64,000 nt of DNA from Phyllobates terribilis (Eukaryota): the NCBI RefSeq assembly GCF_046119375.1, contig NW_027362762.1, positions 356,004,001 to 356,068,000 of the forward strand. Direction: 5' to 3'. The notes beneath the pieces were generated by a model that searched no databases, was not told the DNA's origin, and was given only the letters and a program-made list of their open reading frames with translations. Both the position numbers and the translations under genes were made by a program. This document shows positions 53,801 through 64,000 of the stretch, piece after piece. Positions within the stretch are counted from its first letter, which is position 1. Each line of letters begins with the position of its first letter.

Positions 53801-56800
53801 CAATCCTGGTATGCGTGGCACCCCTCACCCCCCAATCCTGGTATGCGTGGCACCCCTCACCCCCCAATCCTGGTATGCATGGTACCCCTCACCCCAATCC
53901 TGGTATGCAAATGTGTCTTCAGTAAAATGGCGCCGGATAGCGCTATGCGCATGCGCTGATCTGACGCCTCACTCCTGCCCCGGTCTCCGGCGAAGCGAGG
54001 CGCCGCAGCAACGCTCCTCCCGGTCAGGTAAGTATGTAAGTATGGCGCCGGAGATCGTGGAATGCATTTAGTGCCTACGCATACTGCGATCTTCGGCCAT
54101 ACACTCCTCTTACCTGTAACGGCTGGATGCGTTCTTCTGTCTGGAGCCAGACTGCGCGTCACGCATGCGCAGTTTATAGAGGCTTCAGACAGAGGGACGC
54201 ATCCCCCGTTATATTATAGATTTTTTTTTATACCCATTTATTTCAAAGCTTCTGTTTGTAATAGTGATAGCTGACATGGCTGTTAGTGCTTCTGTGATTC
54301 TCTGCCTCCATATACCTTATGGATGAGGCCTTGTTTATTCTCTTATACATGGATGGGGAGACGATAGTATTTAATATATATGGATGTTGGTGTGTGATTG
54401 TAGCTATTTCAGCGGTGGTTATAGGTAACCTTTCTTTGTCTTGGAGGTTTTCTCGTACAGGTCCTGACAGAACTGATAGACGACCACCTGCACAGAGGTG
54501 GCAGAGATGCCGATACTCAGACAGCCACAACCTCTCCTTACAAGGAGTCAATAGGTATAATGTACTTGTAATGCAGCTGCTCTTATTTCACTTACTACTA
54601 TCATGAATTGTGTTCTCACACTTGTGTTGAGGCTTAGTATTACTCTTTGGTAGAGACTAAAGTTTGTGTTTTAGTCTCAGCTATATAATTTTTTTTTTTT
54701 AAATAAGCCAGATCTTGTCATACTCATTAAGTATGCTGACAAAACCTAAAATGAACATTTACTCTGCTATAAGTAAGTAAAAAGCTATATTGCATATCAA
54801 TAATATAGGGTACTTATTAAACACCCATGACAAGGTGTACCACAATCGGGACAGTCCTAACCTGAAGTATTAAAACCTTACAATGTGTGAAAGTGACGTC
54901 AATGTGAATATGGGCCGAGCAGGGCCGGGACCCAACTTTGGACACCCAGTAATGGGAAGCTATACAAACGTAATGTCCAGCTCAAAGAAAGGGAGGTCAC
55001 ACCGTTACTTGCACTAAGTGCAAGAAACTAAAGCAGAACCAAAAGAAATGAACTGGAGTATAAGTTGGTATAGATGCAATATGTAGGAGCATGTTCACAC
55101 TGGCCATTAAACAGACAAACCCTAAGAGAGAAACAAAATGAGCATATATTCTGAACAAAATGTTCATTTTGTTTCTATCTTAGGTTTTGTCTGTTTAATG
55201 GCCAGTGTGAACATGCTCCTACATATTGCATCTATACCAACTTATACTCCAGTTCATTTCTTTTGGTTTTTCAATAAGTGTGCAGTATACGCTATCCGAT
55301 TTTTTTGCTTTTTTTCTATACAGAGTGGCAATGTTCCCTTCATATGTGCCCCTTATAGACTACATAATGCGGAACAGAACCGGAAACTGAATATAGCATT
55401 TTTTATGTATTTTATTACTTACATTCAATACAGAATTTCTTGCATTTTATTAACAATACATCCTAATTTTATAGTTGAGAAATTGAAATTTATTGATGAA
55501 CGGTTTGAAGAATTGTATCCAAAACGTCCAAAATTTGAGTCCCTGGAAGGCAAGCTGTCTGAGTATCGCCGAGAAATGGAGGAACAACTACGGCAGGAAA
55601 TGTCTCAAAAGGTTTATATGTTATACACTGTGGAAAACGTGATATTCTGCCAGCAGAGAAGGAGTGGTCAGGGTATCCCTTTATGATAACAGGTTTTAGT
55701 ATTTGATGCCAGACATGAGCATAACCTGTAAAATATCATTTGTAAAACCTCTTTAAATTATACATTTTAACTTCACTTGTTTTCACTGCACAAGCCCTTT
55801 ATCACCTATGCATACGATGGCAGAACAGGAAACTTTTATTGCTGTTACAGAAGCAACAGGTCGGAGGCTCATCTGTCTCTCCATTCGAGAGCTTGTCCAC
55901 TGCTTTTACATTGATGTCCTATCTTTAGGATAGGTCATCAATGTCTGATCGGCCGACACCTGGCACCCCCGTCAATCAGCTGTTATTGGTGCCCGGAAGT
56001 ACTCACTTGCAGAGCTGGCCGTCTACTTGTAATGGTTGTCGCAGGATGCACACATCAGCCTCCTATTCAAATCAATAGGAGGCTGATGTGCAGTAACAAG
56101 CCCCGGCCACTACAAGTAGACAGCCAGCTCTGCAAGTAAGTACTGGCGGCCGCCGACACTGATAACGGCTGATCGGCGGGGTTGCTGGGTATCGGACCCC
56201 GGCCAATCACACATTGATGACCTATCCTAAGGATAGGCCATCAATGTAAAAGTAGTGGACATCATCTTTCATTCTTTGAGTCTGCTGGAAAAAGTCAAAC
56301 GCACTGCTTCGTGCAGCCTCATAAGGAATTGATGGATTGCAGATCGAGCAAGCACAGCACCACTCCATTCAAAATGGGATAAAAGTGCTTCGTACTGTAG
56401 ATCGGTATGGGTCCCAGCAGTCAGACCCCCCCACCACCTACAAGTTATCATTTATCCTCGCACACTGAAAAGTTACTGTCATGTACAATTACCCTATCTG
56501 GTGCCCTTCTTCCTTGTCCTCCTGCTTTCAAGAGTGGCATGGGGGATTCACTCCGCCACAGCACAAGAAAGGCAGGGTAACTGTGGTTCAGACTCGCCCC
56601 ATGCCACCGTGGCTGCCATCTTTTGAATCCATGAGATCTGGGAGCCCGATCTCGAGGGAGAAGGCACCAGGTCAGGTGAGACTATACTTGGCAAATTTCT
56701 AGTCCTTTTTCAGTGCCAGGAAGGAGGGTCACTTTAAGTATAATCAGGTTATGTTACAGGATAGACACTTCATCAAATGTCACGTTCCATTTATTAATAT

Positions 56801-58330
56801 CAATTTTTAATTTTTCCCAAGTTCAAACATTTTAAAGATGTTGAACTTGCAAAAATTAAGCTAGAAGAAAATGAAAAGTCCCAGAAGGAGATTTCTGATA
56901 TACGGAGAGAATTGGAAAAGACCTACCAATTGAAATATGATGGCTTAGTGTCCCGAGAGCAGAATGCCGTGGAGAGACTTCAGAGACAGCAGGAGGTAAT
57001 GCCAAGCTAACCTGCTATAGTATGATGTGTACCCATAAGATCAGACATCAGTAATCTGTGCTTGTCTTTTACATCTTTAATATCATCTATTCATTATTTA
57101 TACGTTTTTATTTTGTTCATTAATAAAGTTGTCGCGGGGTTTGTAAAAACCCACCTTGAGTCAAACGTCCTTGATATGAGTGACACCCCAACAGTGATTG
57201 CTACCTGTTATCTCATAGTCTATCATTGCCTTCAGTTCCCCATTTTCATGTAACGGTATGAGAACTTGCGATTTCTTTGAAATAAATGTGACTCGCAGAA
57301 ACAAGCCTGAACGTAGCCGTTGGCTACCACTGTTTTTTTGTGTCCTTTATAAAGGATAGGACAATATAAATCCTTTAAAGACGATAGTTGCCAGGTATCT
57401 CATACACCGTGTTCAGATGGAGCGTCTTCTCTCTCGACAGATTGAATCCAAGGATGTATATGCTCAGAGACAGACGCTGCTCGTAGAGATTGAGGCAGTG
57501 CGGAACCGAGAACTGGACCTTCGGCAACGAATCGCAGCTTTTGAGCTGTACGTGTTGGTAATTTCTTTACATATTTTGTTACTTTCATTTCACATGATAT
57601 TAATAAACATCAGTGGGAATTCATCATTCAGTTCTCGCCAGAAAACTGTCAGATAAGAGTCGCACATTTGTTTTATAACTCCAAGTTGCACAAAAATTAG
57701 CAACTTTTGGCATTTTTACACCAACTCAGAAAACTGGGCACACCTTGGCAGGATGGGCATGGCCCAATTGATTCATTATAATTTGTTGACAACTGTTAAC
57801 TTTAAACTGCTGCTACCCAAACTGAATTTGGGGATTTTTATCCCCAACAAGGCATTTTAATCTCTTTACAAAAGGTCAGACACCGGCCCCAACTCCATTT
57901 ATTCTCTATGGGTCTGCTGTTGGAAAATGCTGAGCAGCCTCATAGGGATAAACGTTTCCGCTCTGCTGATCGGTGGATAGTCCCAGTGGTCGGGCCCCCA
58001 CTGATCAATAAGTTATGACGTGTCCTGTATATAGATGAGAACTTGTTAACACCGGAAAAGCTCTTTATGTTTTATATAAGTATGTTAGGGGCTAAAAAGT
58101 TATGTAAAGCTATACATTTTTAAAGAGATTTTCAGTCAGCCTTTAATAATGTATTAAATTGTGTATTGATGCTAAACACTTATCATAGATCAATGTAATT
58201 TCCCTTTTAGAGCCCAAAAGTTACAAGAAGAGAAGAACAGGAGTGTGAATGAGTTGTTGAGGAAGCGAGAGCTGGATATAAAGAATATTGAAGATACATA
58301 CGAAAAGAAGATTAAAGATGAAGTCTTACG
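50845..58330 (+). CDS. OFD1: OFD1 centriole and centriolar satellite protein, first nine coding exons (gene continues beyond window)
   Basis: Exons 50845-50940, 51623-51820, 52990-53058, 53158-53188, 54447-54554, 55475-55611, 56822-56995, 57441-57547, 58211-58330. GT-AG, phases consistent; [32 protein letters not shown], LisH motif [23 protein letters not shown], then coiled coil [10 protein letters not shown]...[11 protein letters not shown]. Confidence 0.95.
52071..52699. repeat. 41-bp minisatellite, 15 full units plus a partial, inside a T2-like MITE (about 51880-52925)
   Basis: Unit AGTCTATGAGAGCCAAAACAAGCTGATG(T/A)AGCTTCAATAGC; (52686-52071)/41 = 15. Confidence 0.96.
53524..54220 (-). 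mobile_element. Non-autonomous Helitron with internal 31-32 bp minisatellite
   Basis: Minus strand: A|TCTATAATATAAC 5' end at 54220; 3' end CCCGGGCGTAGAATGGG hairpin then CTAG|T at 53524; no TSD; CACCCCTCACCCCCAATCCTGGTATGCGTGG repeats at about 53660-53905. Confidence 0.82.
55037..55268. repeat. Near-perfect 109-bp inverted repeat with 14-nt spacer
   Basis: Arms 55037-55145 and 55160-55268, three mismatches seen. Confidence 0.93.
55890..56265. mobile_element. Palindromic T2/Kolobok-like MITE, same family as 24158-24548
   Basis: Shares tccactgcttttacattgatg...catcaatgtaaaagtagtggac arms and ggccactaca core. Confidence 0.7.
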
Positions 58331-58938
58331 GTTTGTTTGTCTGCTTGTCTGTCCCACCACAAGAGTATAAAATTAGGATTTCTGCATAAGAAGGGTTAAA
58401 GGGAACATGTCTCCACACGTGGTTGTTAAAGGATAAGCTACTTAGAGAGGTTAACCAGTCTCAGAAGTAAAGTCTGCAGGCATGCTAGGTGACCACGGAT
58501 TGCCAGATCATGAGAGTGCGTGATGTGGACACTGTCACGATTCCCATGTTTTTCCTGTGCCAGGTGGTCACGTGCCGACTAGACTCTTGAGCTTGTTAAT
58601 TCTTTTCTATTGATAGAACCCGGGGAAGTTTGGTCAGCACATGACTGCAAGAAGTTCTACAGTGACTGCATGCAGTCTATTCTTCTAAGACCGGACTATC
58701 CCTTTAATTATCTTTCCAGACATCCAAGTGTTCAAAACACTGCTTTTTGAAAGCAGGAAAAACTGAACTCTATTGTCAGAAATCATCAGGGTAGTCCTGC
58801 AGTGGACAGTAGTCAGTAATTTAGAGGGAACCTGTTACCAGGTTTGTCCCATATGAGGTAAGTCCGGTACCTTTCAGCCCTCATATACAGCAATCTAATA
58901 TGCTCTATATATGCCCCCAATCCAGCCTGCAAGGCAAG

Positions 58939-61900
58939 AAAAGTAGGAATTAGTCCTACCGGTAATTGTATTTCCAGGAGTCCATCATGACCGCACACCA
59001 GGAGGTAGTCCTTCTCATGCTATAGGACCGGAAACACACGAGAGTTTTAAGTTTCCCCCCTCCACTCAGTGTTTTACAAATCACCACTCCAGGATAGATG
59101 CAACTTAATTTTATTGAATTCTCTCACACAAATGTCAACTGCACATAAGTACAAAGAATTCAGGGGAGGGGAATGTAAGGGTGCTGTCATGATGTATTTC
59201 CAGGAATCCAATTACCGGTAGGACTAATTCCTTCTTTTCCAGGATGTCCCTCATGACAGCACACCAAGAGAAATAACAGATAAATAGATTCTAGGGTGGG
59301 ACCCCTGCCTGAAGAACTTTCCTTCCATAGGCTAATTGTTGGCTCAAAAATATGTCCAGCTTGTGGTGTTTACAGAAGGTGCTTAAGCTAGACTAGGCGA
59401 TGGCCCTACAGATCTGGTCCACTGAGGCTCCTGCCCTCTCATCCCAAGAAGTGGAGATTGTTCGCTTTGAATGTGCTGTAATGTCCTCTGGTGGAGTTTT
59501 CCTTTCTGATTCATATGCCAGGGAAATGGTGGATGTGATCTATCTGGCTAATGTTGCTTTCAAGGTCTTCTTGACTTTGTTCTTGTCTGAGAACTGAACG
59601 AAGAGATTTGAATCTTGTCTCCAAGTTTCCGTGGCTTCAACGTAGCATAGAACCAACCGTCTTACATTCAGTGAATGAAACGTTCTCTCTTTCTCATTCC
59701 TTTGGTTCTGCATCGTTGTGATCATTCGATCTGACAGACCCTGAGACATTAAGATCTGCCTCTCAGGATCCAGGCTGTCAGGTGCAGCAGGACATACTGA
59801 TGAAGAAGTGGAACTTGAGACAGAAGGCTGTTTCTCTCTGGAATGGGAAGTGGATCCAAGTCATGTGATGTAATAGGGGAACCAGCTCCTTTCGGCCAGA
59901 AGGAGGTGACCAGTATTACTGTAGCCTGATGTTCCTGGATTTTTCTTAGGACCCTTGGAATTAATGGAAAAGGAGGGAAAGCATACAGTAAATCTCTTTC
60001 CCATCTCTGAGACAAGGCGTCTGCCACTTCTGGGTTGTCTTCTGGATTCAAGGAGAAGAAATTTGTCACCTTTGCATTTTTCCGGGTTGCAAACAGGTCT
60101 TCTCGAAGGACTACCCCAAGGCTCGGTTAGTTGTTGGAATATGTTTGTGTTTAATACACATTCAGAGGACCATACTGTCTTTCTGCTGAGGAAGTCTGCA
60201 ACCTTGTTTTGAGAGCCTTTCAGGTGGACTGCTGAATTAGAAGAAAAGTCTTTCTGCGCACTGAAAGATCTGCAAGGCAAGAGCCCACAGGAGCTGACCT
60301 TTCGGACCTCAATGATGATGGACAAAGGAGACCGCTGTGACATTGTCTGACAGCATTTTTACATGCCGACCTTTGAGATGGTCTTAACACCTCTGGAGCG
60401 TCTCCCATACTGCTTGTAGTTCTCTGTAGTTGGATGATCTTAAACAAATTTCTGGAGACCATGTCCCCTGAAGGTATTGACCTTTTACTTCGGCTCCCCA
60501 ACCTAGCTGACTTGCGTCGGTAGTAACTCGGACGCATGGGGAAAGAATCCACAGGACCCCTTTCTGGAGCTTTGGTAGAGACATCCACCATGATAGTGAA
60601 GTCTTTAGCCTTGTAGATATAATCATCTTCCTGTCTAGTCCAGGTGGTTGTCTGTTCCAGGATGTTAGAATTGCTTCCTGCAAAACTCTCGAGTGGGCTT
60701 TGCTTCATTACATACTTAGGATGCAGGATGTCATCAAGCTCAAAATCCTCATTTTTTATCTTATTGATACTCACTTTTTCCCCTGGAAGAATCAAACTGT
60801 TTCTGGCTGCCTCTATTTTTACCGAGGGCTGAAAGGATGTTCTGAGATGAGAGTCTAGGAAAACTCCCAGAAAAACCTTCAGCTTTTCTGGTTCTAAATT
60901 GGATTTTTCCCAATTTATGAACCAGCCTAGATATTTTTTTTTAGAGTGAGGATAGTCTATGAGAGATGATGATTGAGATGATGTACCGAGTCTGCCACCA
61001 AGTGAAGATCGGCCAAGTATGGGACAATAATTATCCCTTTTTTCCTCAAAAAAAGCAACCACCTCCATCACTTGTTTTGTAAATATCCGAGGATGGGCCG
61101 AACGGAAGGCACCGGAACTGAAAGTGGTGGATTATCCCCTGATGTTCTAATGCAAACCTCAGGAACCATTGTTGGCAAGCGGGATGGATGGCCACATGAT
61201 AATATGTATCCTTTAGATCTGAGGTGCACATCACTGAATCCTTTCCTATTAACTGGATACTTGATTTTACAGTCACCATTTTGAACTTTCTGTACCTGAC
61301 CCACTGGTTTAGAGGCTTTAGATTTGTAATTGTACGATACATTACCAAGGGTTTTTTTATAGAGAAGAGACTGGAATAGTGTCCCTGGCCGATTTCCGAG
61401 TAGGGTACTGGAATGACTGCTCCAGTCGATATCAAATCCCTGACATTTCCTACGAGTCTTTTTAGGGAGTTTGGAGATTGAGGCCTGATTAGACAAACCT
61501 TTTCCGGAGGGGGATGAGTTAATTCTATCTTGTAGCCTTCACCTGGAGTCTGTAGAATCCACCGATTCTCTGAGATGGCCTGCCAACCCCCCAGAAAGAA
61601 TTGAAGCCTGCCCCGACCTCCGTAGCGTCAAGGTCTTCCTGATGGGCTTGAACTAAATTGGGTACATCTACTCTTACCTCCCTTGGGGTAACTCCACCTT
61701 CCCGATTTTCCTTTCCCTTTGAATTCTTGTCTCTGAGACGGACGGGAACTACGAAAGGAATGATATCTCTTCGGCCTCTCCTCTGGGAAACCTTTTTTGC
61801 TGTCTGAAGTCCTTTTTAGTATCTCATCTAACACGGGTCCGAACACCTGTAACCCTGAAAACGGGATGGAGCATATCTTGGTTTTCAAATGACTATCCCC

Positions 61901-63250
61901 CAACCCAGATAGCCCGCCTAGCTGAGTTATAAAGTACTTTGCTTCTGGCTGCAAACCTTACTGATTCTGCTGAAGCATCCGCCATAAACTGTCACTTTTT
62001 TTTAGCATGGGAAAGGGACTCTAGTACCACTTCTCTGCGAGTATTGGATTTTAATTGAGACGTTAAAGGAGATGTCCAGTACTTTTTACTATGGCCCAAA
62101 TGTCCCCCAATGTATTTACCCTCTTCAGATAAGGGTTTTGGAAATACTTTTCTTTTTCCTGCTTGCTTGTGAGCGGCGCTACCGCTGGCCGCTCACAAGC
62201 CTCACGTGACCCCTGGCTGCAGCCTCCTCTGATGTCTTGTCAAGTGAGGCGTGACATCAGTGATGCGCTCCCCACAGTGGATGCTGGGTTGTGGGCGGGG
62301 TTTCCCCGCATGTCACACCCAGCATCCACAACGCGCTTTCCCAATGAATGAGGAGAGGGAGAGTGCGCGGTGGATGCTGGGTGTGACGTGCGGGGTAACC
62401 CCACCCACAGCCCATCACTCACCGTGGAACGTAGAAGTGAGTCACCCCTGGCTGCAGCCGGAACTTGACTTGACATCAGCGGATGTCAGAGCCGGGGGTC
62501 ACGTGATGCCTGTGAGCGACCAGTGATAGCGCCACTCACAGGCATGAAGAACATCCAAAGGTATTTACAAAAACTCTTATCTGAAGAGGGTAAGTACATT
62601 GGGGGCATAGTAAAAAGTACTGGACATTTCTTTAATTCGTCAATCCATAAGCACATGGACCTGGCTACGGAGGTGGCAGCTATGTTGGCCCTGATGATGG
62701 CTGATGCCTCCCAGGCTCTTCTTAGCAACCCCTCTGCTTTTCTATCAAGGGCATCCCAGCGACATGAAGAGTCTCTTCAAAGGGGATTGAGGTCTTTCTT
62801 GCCACTCTATCAATAGAAATGTAAATTTTTGGGATCTCTTTCCAAATCTTGACTTCCTCTGGATTAAAGGGGAGAAGTGCTGTGCAGTCTCTGGGAATGA
62901 CAAGCCTCTTTTCTGCATCTTCCCATTGCTCCATGATCATGGCCTTAATATGTTTGTTGACTGGGAACACTCTGTTCCTCTGAGTTCTCAGTCCACCAAA
63001 CATCTTGTTCTGTAATGAGTGAGCTACCTGAGTCTCCTCAACTTTCATGGTACTTCATACTCCACGTGATAAATCATCAGTGTCCTCAGACGAGAAATAA
63101 TACTTATTCCTTTCCTCTGAGGGGATCTGAGGCATAGCCTCTTCACCTTCCAGATCCTGGTCAGAAAAATAAGAACATTCTTCTTGAGGATTCCTCCATT
63201 TCCCATCTAGCTCTCTTCTGACTGGAAACGCCCTGAACCGCCTGAGGGGG
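58939..63250 (-). mobile_element. DIRS retrotransposon, copy D (5' part lost or displaced, recombinase deleted, MITE inside gag), in OFD1 intron
   Basis: Right ITR ~58939-59075, ICR 59181-59270, recombinase remnants 59290-59749, MT-like 59749-60069 (YAFPPF), RT 60220-61435 (DLKDTYYHV, CLPFG), gag 61628-63250. Confidence 0.9.
62067..62631. mobile_element. TTAA-flanked T2/Kolobok-like MITE nested in DIRS copy D gag
   Basis: TTAA at 62063-66 and 62632-35; TIRs AGGAGATGTCCAGTACTTTTTACTATG / CATAGTAAAAAGTACTGGACATTTCT; long internal inverted arms. Confidence 0.9.
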
Positions 63251-63255
63251 AACAA

Positions 63256-64000
63256 AATGCAAACAAGACAAAAAACCAAGCAATGTGAACTGAGGTCTAA
63301 GATGGTAGACATGCAAGAAATAGGAGCATGTTCACACTAGCAAAAAGAAGCAAAACCTACAAAAGACAAAAATATATCTCATACCCTACCATCATTATAT
63401 ATAAATGTAAAGCAAAGTTGCATAATAAATATAGGGTACTTAGTGAACTATTTTTGATCAAAAAAAGTATACAAGCCGTCCCACCAGCGGCAAGGTGACC
63501 CTAAATTGGGACGGTACCTATACTGTCTATATTAAAAACCTTACTGTATATGAAAGTTGAAGTAATGCATATAAAAGGGTAGACAAATAGGACCGGGTCC
63601 CAACTCCAGACCACCTAGGCCCGTGGTAAGCTACATATATACTAATCAGCTCAACAAAGGGGATGCCACACCCTTAAATTGCACAGAATGCAAACAAGAC
63701 AAAAAACCAAGCAATGTGAACTGAGGTCTAAGATGGTAGACATGCAAGAAATAGGAGCATGTTCACACTAGCAAAAAGAAGCAAAACCTACAAAAGACAA
63801 AAATATATCTCATACCCTACCATCATTATATATAAATGTAAAGCAAAGTTGCATAATAAATATAGGGTACTTAGTGAACTATTTTTGATCAAAAAAAGTA
63901 TACAAGCCGTCCAACCAGCGGCAAGGTGACCCTAAATTGGGACGGTACCTATACTGTCTATATTAAAAACCTTACTGTATATCAAAGTTGAAGTAATGCA
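63256..64000. repeat. 431-bp tandem duplication, second copy runs off the window
   Basis: aatgcaaacaagacaaaaaacc starts at 63256 and 63687; copies almost identical; shares aggagcatgttcacact and taatatagggtactta with 54720-55145. Confidence 0.92.

Noticed and set aside
55138-55686. 182-aa ORF as an independent gene
   Set aside because: AT-rich intronic repeat sequence running in frame into OFD1 exon 55475-55611.

Overview
Vertebrate genomic DNA. Repeat families and protein similarity point to a frog (Anura); the species cannot be fixed from sequence alone. Four spliced genes were reconstructed by hand from splice sites and protein homology, arranged as two head-to-head pairs facing each other: RPP21 (-) <> ZBTB11 (+, complete, 11 coding exons, 1142 aa predicted) and TRAPPC2 (-, complete, 140 aa, with a U12-type AT-AC intron) <> OFD1 (+, first 9 coding exons, continues past the window). 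Introns and the intergenic space hold many transposons: four divergent DIRS tyrosine-recombinase retrotransposons with visible ITR/ICR architecture, a DD34E Tc1 one stop codon from intact, a deleted DD38E (Intruder-type) Tc1, L2-type LINE fragments, a non-autonomous Helitron, Kolobok/T2-, hAT- and Harbinger-type MITEs, and several outward-facing inverted-end elements carrying hammerhead-ribozyme relics (Penelope-like). There is one 142-N assembly gap. I found no wholly new gene system. The best leads are the ribozyme relics, a 10-bp palindrome conserved at DIRS ends, a triplicated 5' splice donor at the start of OFD1, a possible intron in a DIRS gag, and the gene order itself. All coordinates were counted by eye and may be off by a few bases for repeats.
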